64,000 bases of DNA from Syntrophaceae bacterium (GTDB lineage: Bacteria > Desulfobacterota > BSN033 > UBA1163): assembly GCA_013388635.1 (NCBI GenBank), contig JACAEX010000043.1, positions 44,073 to 108,072 on the forward strand, in the 5' to 3' direction. The notes beneath the pieces are model-generated. The model did not search any database. It saw only the letters and a program-made list of their open reading frames with translations, and was not told where the DNA came from. Shown here in pieces: positions 21,194 through 30,879 of this stretch (positions within the stretch are counted from its first letter, which is position 1; every line of letters starts with the position of its first letter). A program made the translations under genes and the position numbers.

Positions 21194-22150
21194 TCAGACC
21201 ACTTCCTTCAAATCGATCTGCCGTGCATATCGGAGATCCACTTCCACCGCCTCCACAGGATTTCTGAGAATTCCGATCCCCTCGATCTCGGCTTCAATCA
21301 GATCCCCCGGCTTGAATGAGCCGGCAGGAGGCGTGGCTGTGGTCACCACATCTCCCGGCTCCAAGGTCCAGAAGTTTGATACAAATTCGATGATCTCACC
21401 AAAACCGAACCTCATATTCGATGTGTTCGATTCACATTCCACTTTTCCGTTAAGCCTTCTCAGTGTCCTCAGGTTGTAAATGTTCTTCGGCATCTCCTCA
21501 GGCGTGACGATCCATGGTCCCATCGGAGCAAATGTATCGATATTCTTCCCCCAGGGTTGAAATTCTCGATTGGTCGCTTCGAGAGATCTCGCCGTAATAT
21601 CGTCGAGGATGGTATATCCAAAAATGACCTCGTCCACCTTCTCTTTCGGAACCTTTTTACATCTCTTCGAAATGATGCAGGAGAATTCCCATTCATGATA
21701 GAAGATACCATATCCCGTGGGAAGATAAATCGTCTCTTCATGCCCGATCACAGCAGAAGGAGATTTTAAAAAGACAAGGGGTACGGGTGAGAAAGGGATC
21801 CCGATCAGCTTCCGGTAATCTTCGTAATTTGTCCCTGTACACACGATCTTGGGAGGTCTGTGGGAGGCTCTGAATCTGATCTGAGATAGGGAATAGACAC
21901 AGCCTGGGAGTTGAAATCCCTTCCCCGTTACGAAATCGAGCGTCTCTTTTGCCGCGCGCAATGAAATCTCATTCCTCTCAATAAAGGAGATCAGGTCGCC
22001 TGGAAGTTCAAAGGCGGCCTTCCTCTCCGGTTCCTTCACCCCCCTCTCCTTCAAAAACTCCAGGTAAGCTGAATGCAGATCGATCACCCGATCCCCTTCA
22101 AAAGCCCCAAGCCTTGTCTTCCCTTCGATCTCAAACGTGCCGAGCTTCAC
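21194..22150 (-). CDS. Fumarylacetoacetate hydrolase-family protein
   Basis: KIVCTGTNY, FLKSPS, DITAR, GKNIDTFAPMGP, TLEPGDVV; GTG start after AGGAGG (alternative TTG 22153). Confidence 0.88.
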   Translation of the reverse strand: MKLGTFEIEGKTRLGAFEGDRVIDLHSAYLEFLKERGVKEPERKAAFELPGDLISFIERNEISLRAAKETLDFVTGKGFQLPGCVYSLSQIRFRASHRPPKIVCTGTNYEDYRKLIGIPFSPVPLVFLKSPSAVIGHEETIYLPTGYGIFYHEWEFSCIISKRCKKVPKEKVDEVIFGYTILDDITARSLEATNREFQPWGKNIDTFAPMGPWIVTPEEMPKNIYNLRTLRRLNGKVECESNTSNMRFGFGEIIEFVSNFWTLEPGDVVTTATPPAGSFKPGDLIEAEIEGIGILRNPVEAVEVDLRYARQIDLKEVV

Positions 22151-22177
22151 CAAACCTCCTCTTGAAACCTGCCGTAC

Positions 22178-22954
22178 TCAAGGGGTTTCCACATATCCCA
22201 TCTTGGACGAAATAAGACGAGCCGCCTCCACCACATGACTGACATACAGTTTCTCCGATGGAGTGTTGATCTTCCTCTGGGGACCTGAGATGCTGAGGGC
22301 CGCGATCACGTTTCCATGATGGTCCCTGATCGGCGCTCCAATGCATTCCACATCCTCTTCATGTTCCCTCTGGTCCAGGGCGTATCCCCGCTTTCTGACC
22401 TCCTCCAATTCTTTGATCAATCTCTTCCTGGAGGTGATGGTATTTTTGGTAAAAGGCGTAAACTTGATGTCATGGATGATCTTGGAAGACTCTTCTTCCG
22501 TCTGAAAAGCCAATAGGACCTTTCCCAGGGCGGTGCAGTAAACCGGGGCTGTCTGGCCGATCTTGGAGATCACCCCCAGGCTCCGTGGGGAGTCGGCTCG
22601 ATCGATGTAAACGATCTCCTTCTCGCTCAGGACAGCGAGATGGACAGTCTCCTGAACCTTCAAAGCGAGATCCGCCATAACCGGTTTGGAGATCTGGATA
22701 AAGTCCATCCGTCTGAGGTAGGCATTTCCAATCTCGAATGCAGCCATCCCCAGCGAATACTCTCCCGTCTTCTGATCTTTCTCTACCAGACCGCACCTCT
22801 CGAGGGAAAGGAGGATCCGGTAGGTGGTGCTGCGATCGAGTTTGAGCTCGCGAGCGACCTCACCGATCTTGAAATAGCCCTTCTCTCTGGAAAGGCACCT
22901 CAGGATATTGCAGGCCCTGAGTATGGAATTGATCAGGTATCGATCTCGGTCCAT
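22178..22954 (-). CDS. IclR-family transcriptional regulator (KdgR-like)
   Basis: N-terminal HTH (RSTTYRILLSL), ETVHLAV, YCTALGK, GYALD, AALSISGP. Confidence 0.93.
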   Translation of the reverse strand: MDRDRYLINSILRACNILRCLSREKGYFKIGEVARELKLDRSTTYRILLSLERCGLVEKDQKTGEYSLGMAAFEIGNAYLRRMDFIQISKPVMADLALKVQETVHLAVLSEKEIVYIDRADSPRSLGVISKIGQTAPVYCTALGKVLLAFQTEEESSKIIHDIKFTPFTKNTITSRKRLIKELEEVRKRGYALDQREHEEDVECIGAPIRDHHGNVIAALSISGPQRKINTPSEKLYVSHVVEAARLISSKMGYVETP

Positions 22955-22959
22955 AGGTG

Positions 22960-22993
22960 TTTCAGTATTACAACAATCATTTCATTATTACAA
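22960..22993. promoter_or_regulatory. Putative IclR operator: 14-bp direct repeat
   Basis: TTTCAGTATTACAA (22960) and TTTCATTATTACAA (22980) immediately upstream of the regulator; minus-strand TTGACA at 23005-23010. Confidence 0.5.
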
Positions 22994-23078
22994 ATCACCA
23001 CCTTTGTCAAGAGAAATCTTTGTCATCTGATCCGAACGATTCAGTGTCCTCGAAGGAGGGCGGGAAAGGAAAAATCCT

Positions 23079-24038
23079 TTACCGGAGATGACAGGCGGCC
23101 CAATGGCCGTTGCCCAGATCCCGGAAGGCGGGCACCTCATTCGTACAGAGATCAATCCGTTCCGGACACCGCGTATGAAAACCGCAACCTGAAGGTGGGT
23201 TAAGAGGACTCGGTACGTCCCCCTGGAGAACGATCCTCCGTTGCTGAACTTCGGGATCTGGAACAGGGACCGCCGAGAGCAGCGCCTGCGTATAAGGATG
23301 TTGAGGGTTTCGGTAGAGTTCCTGATCGGTGGCCAGCTCCACGATCCGGCCTAAATACATGACGGCCACCCGGTTGCTGATGTGCTCCACCACGCTCAGG
23401 TCATGGGCGATAAAGAGATAGGAAAGTCCCATCTCCTCCTGGAGCTGGACCAGGAGGTTGATCACCTGGGCCTGAATGGAGACGTCGAGGGCAGAGACCG
23501 GCTCATCACATATGATCACCCTTGGGTTCAGAGCCAGGGCCCTTGCAATGCCGATTCGCTGCCTCTGTCCTCCGCTGAATTCATGCGGATACCTCCGGGC
23601 CTGCTCGGGATGAAGCCCGACCTTCTCCATAAGAAAGCAGACCCGATCTCGGATCTCTCCCCGGGACGACCGGGTATGGTTCCTGAGAGGCTCGGCAATG
23701 ATCTCGCCCACGTTCATCCTGGGATTTAGCGATGAGTAGGGATCCTGGAAGATGATCTGAAACCTGGCCCTAACCTTTCGCAGCGCCTCCCGATCCATCT
23801 TCAGAAGATCCTCTCCCTCGAATAGAACCTCTCCTTCGGTAGGCTCGATCAATCGCAGAAGGCAGCGAGCCACCGTGGTCTTTCCGCATCCGCTCTCGCC
23901 CACCAGTCCAAGGGTCTCACCTTCTCGAAGCTCAAAGTCGACCCCATCCACTGCACGAATCGAACCCCGGGTTCCTGAAAACAGACCCTTTCGCACAGGA
24001 AAGTCCTTTCTCAGGTTGTGAACTTCTAATAAAGCCAA
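23079..24038 (-). CDS. dppF: Peptide ABC transporter ATPase (DppF/AppF-like)
   Basis: [29 protein letters not shown]-terminal Cys-containing HPY domain; TTG start after GGAGG. Confidence 0.92.
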   Translation of the reverse strand: MALLEVHNLRKDFPVRKGLFSGTRGSIRAVDGVDFELREGETLGLVGESGCGKTTVARCLLRLIEPTEGEVLFEGEDLLKMDREALRKVRARFQIIFQDPYSSLNPRMNVGEIIAEPLRNHTRSSRGEIRDRVCFLMEKVGLHPEQARRYPHEFSGGQRQRIGIARALALNPRVIICDEPVSALDVSIQAQVINLLVQLQEEMGLSYLFIAHDLSVVEHISNRVAVMYLGRIVELATDQELYRNPQHPYTQALLSAVPVPDPEVQQRRIVLQGDVPSPLNPPSGCGFHTRCPERIDLCTNEVPAFRDLGNGHWAACHLR

Positions 24039-24051
24039 ACTATTCCCTCCA

Positions 24052-25032
24052 TCAGTTCCATAACCAGCAGAGAACTTTCCGGCCACCATTGAGCTCCTTC
24101 AGGGGAGGCTCTTCTTTTCTGCAGACCTCCATCACCCGGGGGCATCGGGGATGGAACCGACAGCCCTCTGGCATCTCCAGAGGGTTCGGCACGATCCCCG
24201 GAATCTCCCGAAGTAGCCTTTTGCCAGTCTTCAACTTCTGCCCGATCCAGGGGATCGATTCAAGAAGGCCCTGCGTATAGGGATGGAGCGGTTCCCGGAA
24301 TAGATCCTTTACAGGCGCCTCCTCCACCATCTTACCTAAATACATCACCACAACCCTCCTGGCCATCCCCGCAATCAACCCGAGATTGTGAGTGATCAAA
24401 ACGATCGAGGTTCTGAACTCCTCCTTCAGTCGCACCATCAGATCAATAATCTGCGCCTGGATGGTGACGTCCAGTGCAGTGGTCGGTTCATCAGCAAGGA
24501 GGAGCTGAGGTCGACATGACAAGGCCATAGCAATCATGGCTCGCTGCCGCATTCCTCCGCTCAATTGATGGGGATACTCATGGGCCCTTGCATCGGGAGA
24601 AGGGATCTGAACCAGTTCAAGCATCTCCACAGCCCTCTTCCATGCCTCCTGACGGGTCACCCCCTGATGGAGTCGAATCGCCTCTGAAATCTGCTCGCCG
24701 ATGGTCAGGACCGGATTGAGAGAGGTCAGAGGCTCCTGAAAGATGATTGAGATCGCATTGCCACGGATCTGTCGTATCCTGTCCGGAGTCAGATCCAGGA
24801 TATTGGTGCCCTCAAATAAGATCTCTCCTTGGATCTCGGCCGGAGGAGAAGGTAACAATCTGAGAATGGAGAGCGCTGTCACGCTCTTTCCACAGCCGCT
24901 TTCACCGACCACCCCGAGGGTCTCTCCCCGATGCACATCCAGGCTCAGCCGGTCGACAGCCGTGACCATGCCTTCGTAAGTCTTGAAGCGGGTCCGGAGA
25001 TTCCGAATGGAGAGTAGAGGCTCCGGTCTCAT
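24052..25032 (-). CDS. dppD: Peptide ABC transporter ATPase (DppD/OppD-like)
   Basis: [28 protein letters not shown]; ATGA overlap with dppC. Confidence 0.92.
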   Translation of the reverse strand: MRPEPLLSIRNLRTRFKTYEGMVTAVDRLSLDVHRGETLGVVGESGCGKSVTALSILRLLPSPPAEIQGEILFEGTNILDLTPDRIRQIRGNAISIIFQEPLTSLNPVLTIGEQISEAIRLHQGVTRQEAWKRAVEMLELVQIPSPDARAHEYPHQLSGGMRQRAMIAMALSCRPQLLLADEPTTALDVTIQAQIIDLMVRLKEEFRTSIVLITHNLGLIAGMARRVVVMYLGKMVEEAPVKDLFREPLHPYTQGLLESIPWIGQKLKTGKRLLREIPGIVPNPLEMPEGCRFHPRCPRVMEVCRKEEPPLKELNGGRKVLCWLWN

Positions 25033-25916
25033 AGTTTGAACCTCGGATCGAGGGCCTCGCGCAAGCCATCGCCTGAGAGGTTGAACCCGAGGACCGCCAA
25101 GAATATGGCGATACCTGGAAAGGTGGCCACATGGGGTGCGTGAAAGAGATAGGCCCGGCCTGAACCGAGCATCGCTCCCCACTCCGGTGTCGGCGGCTGG
25201 ACCCCAACCCCTAAGAAACCCAACCCGGCAGCAAAGAGGATGGCTGTGCCCATCCCGAGACTGGTCTGGACCGTAATCGGAACCATCACATTCGGAAGAA
25301 TGTGTCTCATCAGGATCGCCACGTCCCGAGTGCCAAGGGCCCTGGCCGCCTCGACGTAGACCTGTTCCCTAACCGACAGCACGCACCCTCGAACCAGACG
25401 GATGTAGATGGGCACCATGCTGATCCCAACAGAGATCACCGTGTTCTTGAGCCCCACTCCCAAGACAGCCACCAGGGCCAGCGCAAGAAGGAACCCTGGA
25501 AAGGCGAGCATTGTATCGGTGATCCGCTGGATGCCGAAATCGACTTTCCCTCCATAGTAGCCGGAAACCAGTCCTAATGGGACACCTAAGAGCAGCCCTA
25601 GGGAGACGACCCCGATCGCGATCAGAAGCGAAACCCTCGAGCCATGGACGATCCGGCCTAAGATTGAGCGGCCTAATTCGTCTGTTCCGAGCGGATGCTG
25701 CCGCGAGGGAGTCTCTAAAGATCGAATGAGGTTTGGAGCGGAGGGGTTGCCCGGATAGAGGATCGGTCCGAAGAGCGCGGTGAAGAGATAGATCAGGATC
25801 AGAACGCCACCGAAGAGAGCGGCCTTGTTCCTTCTCAGTTTCGCCCATCTCCGCCTGAGCTCCCGGTTGCCCGACCAATAGCTCTGCAACTCATTGCTCT
25901 TTTTCTTCTCAGTCAT
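25029..25916 (-). CDS. dppC: Peptide ABC transporter permease (DppC-like)
   Basis: HPLGTDELGR, YVEAARALG, PPTPEWG, GDGLREALDPR. Confidence 0.92.
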   Translation of the reverse strand: MTEKKKSNELQSYWSGNRELRRRWAKLRRNKAALFGGVLILIYLFTALFGPILYPGNPSAPNLIRSLETPSRQHPLGTDELGRSILGRIVHGSRVSLLIAIGVVSLGLLLGVPLGLVSGYYGGKVDFGIQRITDTMLAFPGFLLALALVAVLGVGLKNTVISVGISMVPIYIRLVRGCVLSVREQVYVEAARALGTRDVAILMRHILPNVMVPITVQTSLGMGTAILFAAGLGFLGVGVQPPTPEWGAMLGSGRAYLFHAPHVATFPGIAIFLAVLGFNLSGDGLREALDPRFKL

Positions 25917-26829
25917 AACGAATCCTTGGATCCACAAAGGCATAGACCAGATCGACCATCAGATTGACCAGGATATAGAGCAGCCCAAAGATCAGGATGG
26001 CACCCTGGATGACCGGATAGTCCCGGGCAAGGATCGAGTCCACAATCAACCGGCCCAGGCCTGGCCAGGCAAAGACGGTTTCGGTCAAGACCGCGCCGCC
26101 TAAAAGCAGGCCAAACTGGAGGCCGACGACCGTGATGATCGGGATGAGGGCATTTTTCAAGGCATGTTTGACCACGACCACGCTTTCCTTCAGTCCTTTT
26201 GAGCGAGCCGTGGTGGTATAATCCTGAGCAAGGGCCTCCATCATGCTGGCCCGGGTCATCCGTGCGATGAAGGCAACGACAAAAGCAGCCAGGGTGATGG
26301 ATGGCAGGATGACATGCTTCCATGTTCCAGTGCCGCCTGCAGGAAGCCATTGGAGGATCACAGAGAAGAGCACGACCAGCATCAGGCCGAGCCAGAAGAC
26401 AGGCATGGAGATGCCGAATAGAGCCATGGAGGTGACCAGATAGTCGATCCAGGTATAAGGCCTTACGGCTGATAGAATGCCTGCGGGTATGCCAAAGAGA
26501 CAGGCAAGAATAATGGCTGCGACTGCTAAGAGGATCGTGTTCGGCAACCTGGCCCAGACCTCTTCGATCACAGGATTCTGGGTTCGGGCTGATCGGCCGA
26601 GGTCGAACCGAACGAGGCGGCCAAGAAATAAAGCATATTGGGTGAAGATCGGTCGATCCAGGCCGAGCTGATGCCGGATGTTCTGAACCTCCTCAGGAGT
26701 GGCCATCTGTCCGGCAAGGACCTGGGCTGGGTCTCCCGGCAACATCCGGAGCATAAAGAAGAGGAGAAAAGATATCCCGATCAGGACCGGCAGCGTGGAG
26801 ATCAGGCGTTTAATGACATACCGCAACAT
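25909..26829 (-). CDS. dppB: Peptide ABC transporter permease (DppB/GsiC-like)
   Basis: LPGDPA, SMPVFWLG, TARSKGL, ETVFAWPGLG, DPRIRY. Confidence 0.92.
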   Translation of the reverse strand: MLRYVIKRLISTLPVLIGISFLLFFMLRMLPGDPAQVLAGQMATPEEVQNIRHQLGLDRPIFTQYALFLGRLVRFDLGRSARTQNPVIEEVWARLPNTILLAVAAIILACLFGIPAGILSAVRPYTWIDYLVTSMALFGISMPVFWLGLMLVVLFSVILQWLPAGGTGTWKHVILPSITLAAFVVAFIARMTRASMMEALAQDYTTTARSKGLKESVVVVKHALKNALIPIITVVGLQFGLLLGGAVLTETVFAWPGLGRLIVDSILARDYPVIQGAILIFGLLYILVNLMVDLVYAFVDPRIRYD

Positions 26830-26872
26830 ATTCCAATCAATCTTGGGTGCAACGAGTCGTGAACACGAAAGC

Positions 26873-26926
26873 ATCAGGGTACCAGGTTCAGAGATTTCTA
26901 TTTTCTATTTCCCCTGATACCCTGAT
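26873..26926. repeat. 14-bp inverted repeat between the peptide binding protein and permease genes
   Basis: ATCAGGGTACCAGG ... CCTGATACCCTGAT (13/14 complementary). Confidence 0.65.
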
Positions 26927-26949
26927 TGAGTGGTATCCTGTCATCCGAG

Positions 26950-28509
26950 CTAATCCATGGTCACATAGGTCGGGTAAAACTTCTCCGTGCTGGTAACGAC
27001 CATGCCCTTCACCTTGCTCGAATAAGCGATGACAAACTTCTCTACGTGGAGCCATATCCAGGGGCAGTCGTCCCAGACGATCTCGGAGGCCTTCTTAAAG
27101 AGCTCTAATCGCTTCTTCGGATCCTGCTCCCGGCGAGTCGCCTCCACGGCTTCGTCGTAGACAGGATTGCTGTAGTGCGCAGCACCCAGGCCTTTGGGCG
27201 GATTGACACTCGAGTGGAACTGTCCGTAAAGACCCATGTCCGCATCGAGGATGAGCGGACCCCAGCCTAAGAGAAAGACCTCCAGTTCGCTCTGCTCGAT
27301 CGGCTTGAGCAGGCCCGCAATATAGGTCGGCCAGTCATACGTCCTGAGCTCAGCCTTAACTCCAATCGCCTGTAAATACGCCTGGACAGCCTCGGAGACC
27401 TGTTTGTCGAAGAGGTAACGGCCCTGGGGCGTCCTCATGCTCACCGTCTGGTTGAAATCGAAGTTGGCCTTCTTCAAAAGCTCCTTGGCCTTATCCGGGT
27501 TGTAATCGTACTGGTGGGCCATCCTGTGATACCCGAAAAGGATCGGTGAGACCGGACCCTCCATGGGAATGGCCGTGTCGAAGAGGATCTTCTTGCAGAT
27601 CGCCTTCTTATCCACGGCATAGTTGAAGGCCTGACGAACCAGCTTGTTTTGGGTCACGCCCTTCTTGCAATTAAGTCCCATGAAAATCGTCCTTGTATCG
27701 AGAGGCATATCCACCCTGATCTTGGGGTCGGCCTTTAGCGCAGCGACATTGGAAGGCAATGGCTTGTAGCAGACGTCGATCTGCCCGGTCCTGAGCATGG
27801 CCTCGCGGGTGGCATCATCTGGAATAATCTTGAAGGTCAGCTGGGCCACGTTCGGCCTCTTGCCATAGTAGTTTTCATTGCGGACCATCACAATACGGTC
27901 GCCTTTGACCCATTCCTTCAGGATGTAAGGGCCTGCACCCACAGGTTTCTCACGAACGCCTTCTCCATACTTTTCGATGGCCGCTGGAGAGATGGGGCTG
28001 CAGATGGTCAGAGAGAGCGTGGCAGCAAGAGGCGCGAAGGGGTATTTGAGTTCGAGCCGGATCGTGTGATCGTCGACGACCTTCACCTCTTTGATCACGG
28101 CAATTGCGAAGCGCAGAGGGACCCTCATCTTGGGATCGAGTGCCCGGTCGAGGGTCAGCTTCACCGCCTTGGCATCACATGGGGTCCCATCGCTGAATTT
28201 GACACCTTTTCTCAGATGGATCGTGTAGGTGAGACCATCCTTCGACATCTCGTAGCGGGTCGCCAAACGTGGCTCCAATTTTGCTTCCGGGTTTTGATAA
28301 AAAAGGGTATCATAGATCAAATCGCACATGTTCTGAATGAGGGTCGTTGTCTGTTCCTGGGGGTTTAAGGTATCGGCATCGATGCCAATGCCAATTCTGA
28401 GCTCCTTCACCTCAGCCCCTTGGCCGGACGGAGCAGACCAGAGACCAAGTCCCATGACCAGCAAGGATATGAAAAGAATTCTCTTAATGTGGATCGCCAT
28501 CTTTTTCAT
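26950..28509 (-). CDS. Peptide ABC substrate-binding protein (family 5, DppA/GsiB-like)
   Basis: Signal peptide, LRKGVKFSDGTP, PVGAGPY, VRQAFNYAVD. Confidence 0.92.
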   Translation of the reverse strand: MKKMAIHIKRILFISLLVMGLGLWSAPSGQGAEVKELRIGIGIDADTLNPQEQTTTLIQNMCDLIYDTLFYQNPEAKLEPRLATRYEMSKDGLTYTIHLRKGVKFSDGTPCDAKAVKLTLDRALDPKMRVPLRFAIAVIKEVKVVDDHTIRLELKYPFAPLAATLSLTICSPISPAAIEKYGEGVREKPVGAGPYILKEWVKGDRIVMVRNENYYGKRPNVAQLTFKIIPDDATREAMLRTGQIDVCYKPLPSNVAALKADPKIRVDMPLDTRTIFMGLNCKKGVTQNKLVRQAFNYAVDKKAICKKILFDTAIPMEGPVSPILFGYHRMAHQYDYNPDKAKELLKKANFDFNQTVSMRTPQGRYLFDKQVSEAVQAYLQAIGVKAELRTYDWPTYIAGLLKPIEQSELEVFLLGWGPLILDADMGLYGQFHSSVNPPKGLGAAHYSNPVYDEAVEATRREQDPKKRLELFKKASEIVWDDCPWIWLHVEKFVIAYSSKVKGMVVTSTEKFYPTYVTMD

Positions 28510-28523
28510 AACTCTTCCTCCTT

Positions 28524-29732
28524 TTATTTAAGAATTTCTGGTGCTGCTTTCACAAATCTCCCGCCCTGCATCACCAGAAGGATCGCCTCGGGTTTGAGAA
28601 GGATGTCGATCTCCTCGATCGGATCACCCTCCACGACGACCAGATCAGCGAGCTTACCTTCCTCGATCGTGCCCAGTTCCTTCTCCAGGCCCACCACCTT
28701 TGCCGCGACCTGGGTGGCGGCCTGAATCGCCTCCATTGCTGAATAACCCACTTCCATCAGACGCATCAACTCGCCAAGGTTCTCACCGTGCAGGTTGAAA
28801 GGCGTGCCTGCATCAGTCCCCATGGCCACACAGACACCGGACTCCCTGGCCATTCTCACGCTTTCAAGATGAAAAGGCTTGATCCGGAGGGTCTTCTCCA
28901 CGGCAAAGGCAGGGATCCCCGCTGCAATCCCTTTCTTCTCGATGTGATAGAGCGCGGAAAGGGTCGGGACAAGGGGGACGGCTCTCTTCACCATCAAGGA
29001 GATGGCCTCCTCGTTGAGGAAGACGCCATGTTCAATGCTGTCGATCCCTGCACGAAGCGCATTCAGAATCCCCTGTGTTCCCATGGCGTGGGTCGCCGTT
29101 CTTCTGCCCGCTTTGTGGGCCTCCTCTATCCCTGCGCGAAGTTCATCCTCGGTGAGCTGTTCGCTGCCAGGCTCCACATCAGGCGTCATCACGCCGCCTG
29201 TGGCCATCAGTTTCACCACATCCACACCCGCCTTGACCTCTTCTCGAGCAGCCTTCCTCACCTCATCCGGGCCGTCCGCCTCTTTTCCCAGTTGCCAGCC
29301 GTGGCCTCCGGTCATGCAGATCAACCGACCGCTTGCCAGCATCCTCGGGCCCAGGATCAGCCCGGAGCGGATCGCGGCCTTGAGACCGAGGTCGATCCCT
29401 TCCTTCCCTCCCATATCCCGAACGGTCGTCACACCCGCCAAGAGTGTCCTTCGTGCGGCTTCCGCAGCCTTCAACGTCACCATGGAAGCATGCTCTCGAA
29501 CAAGGGCACCGATAGGATCAGGACTTCCATCCAGACAGAGGTGAACGTGACAATCGATGAAACCCGGAAGAAGGGATCGCCCTTCCAGATCAATCCGCTG
29601 AGCCTCTTTTGGAATGGATATCTCCTTCTCCGAAACCTTGGCGATCCGTTCGCCCTCCACCAAGACGCTCCCTCTCTCGAACACCTTTCCATTCCCGACG
29701 ATAATACGGCCCCCGATGAACCCTGTCACCAT
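28524..29732 (-). CDS. Metal-dependent amidohydrolase (Xaa-Pro dipeptidase-like subgroup)
   Basis: PGFIDCHVH, GVTTVRDMG, VKLMATGG, SIEHG, GTDAG, GKLADLVV. Confidence 0.9.
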   Translation of the reverse strand: MVTGFIGGRIIVGNGKVFERGSVLVEGERIAKVSEKEISIPKEAQRIDLEGRSLLPGFIDCHVHLCLDGSPDPIGALVREHASMVTLKAAEAARRTLLAGVTTVRDMGGKEGIDLGLKAAIRSGLILGPRMLASGRLICMTGGHGWQLGKEADGPDEVRKAAREEVKAGVDVVKLMATGGVMTPDVEPGSEQLTEDELRAGIEEAHKAGRRTATHAMGTQGILNALRAGIDSIEHGVFLNEEAISLMVKRAVPLVPTLSALYHIEKKGIAAGIPAFAVEKTLRIKPFHLESVRMARESGVCVAMGTDAGTPFNLHGENLGELMRLMEVGYSAMEAIQAATQVAAKVVGLEKELGTIEEGKLADLVVVEGDPIEEIDILLKPEAILLVMQGGRFVKAAPEILK

Positions 29733-29893
29733 CCCCGATCTCCTTATATCCGGCACTTCATTGACTCTTCTTGCGACCCTATCAGCGGTAAAAGTCTACC
29801 CCCCTAAAATAAAAAAATCAACTCAAATTCCCCTTTGCTTCCATAAGGAGAGCGGTTGATGAAATAATGATGATTTCCTGTAAAATGAATCCC

Positions 29894-29922
29894 TTGACTC
29901 AGTTTATTCATTTTATTATCAT
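29894..29922 (+). promoter_or_regulatory. Sigma70-type promoter of the R-M operon (probably leaderless)
   Basis: TTGACT-N17-TATCAT, 6 nt before ATG 29929; no SD sequence. Confidence 0.6.
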
Positions 29923-29928
29923 ACCACT

Positions 29929-30879
29929 ATGTTTGATAAACGGAAAATAGTTGAAAAATTTGCCTTGTCAGAACATATTGTAGTTTATCCTGGTGATTGC
30001 CTAGACTTACTGAAAACAATCCCGAACGAATCATTAAAACTTATCGTCACCTCACCGCCTTATAACATTGGTAAAGAATACGAAAGACGACTCAAGTTAG
30101 AATCCTACCTTGAACAGCAGGCGGCTGTAATCCGGGAATGTGTAAGATGCCTATCCCCTAAGGGAAGTATTTGTTGGCAGGTGGGAAATTATGTCGACAA
30201 TGGTGCCATTATCCCATTAGATACGATCCTATATCCCATCTTTACTGGTTTAGGCCTAAAGATGAGGAATAGGATTATCTGGCATTTTGAGCACGGGTTA
30301 CATTGTAGCCGCCGATTTTCGGGCCGATATGAAACCATCATATGGTTTACAAAATCGGATGATTACACATTCAATCTCGATCCTGTAAGAGTGCCACAGA
30401 AGTACCCAGGCAAAAAATATTTCAAAGGACCAAATGTGGGAAAATATTCATCCAACCCGCTAGGCAAAAACCCGGGAGATTTATGGGTTATCCCTAATGT
30501 AAAGAGTAATCATGTAGAAAAGACCGAGCATCCGTGTCAATTTCCCGTGGAATTGATAGAACGTCTCGTTCTTTCAATGACAAATGAGGAGGATTGGGTG
30601 TTAGATCCGTTCCTTGGAGTTGGCACTTCAATCATTGCAGCTATACGGCACAATCGGCGTGGAGCAGGTGCAGAAATAGTTCCTAAGTACATTGAATTGG
30701 CCAAAGAGAGAATTCAACAGGAACTTGCTGGGACATTGAGAACACGCCCAATGTACAAACCCATATACGATCCAGTGGAGGCAGGGAATACGTTGATTGA
30801 AGCTCCTTGGAATAAAACTAAAGATTCAAAACAGCTTTTGTTAATTAAAGAAAAGAAAGTTAAATACCATACAAGATGA
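29929..30879 (+). CDS. Type II N4-cytosine DNA methyltransferase, beta class (M.BstYI-like)
   Basis: TSPPY (motif IV) precedes HPCQFP and DPFLGVGT (motif I); AT-rich; ATGA-coupled to the endonuclease gene. Confidence 0.9.
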   Translation: MFDKRKIVEKFALSEHIVVYPGDCLDLLKTIPNESLKLIVTSPPYNIGKEYERRLKLESYLEQQAAVIRECVRCLSPKGSICWQVGNYVDNGAIIPLDTILYPIFTGLGLKMRNRIIWHFEHGLHCSRRFSGRYETIIWFTKSDDYTFNLDPVRVPQKYPGKKYFKGPNVGKYSSNPLGKNPGDLWVIPNVKSNHVEKTEHPCQFPVELIERLVLSMTNEEDWVLDPFLGVGTSIIAAIRHNRRGAGAEIVPKYIELAKERIQQELAGTLRTRPMYKPIYDPVEAGNTLIEAPWNKTKDSKQLLLIKEKKVKYHTR

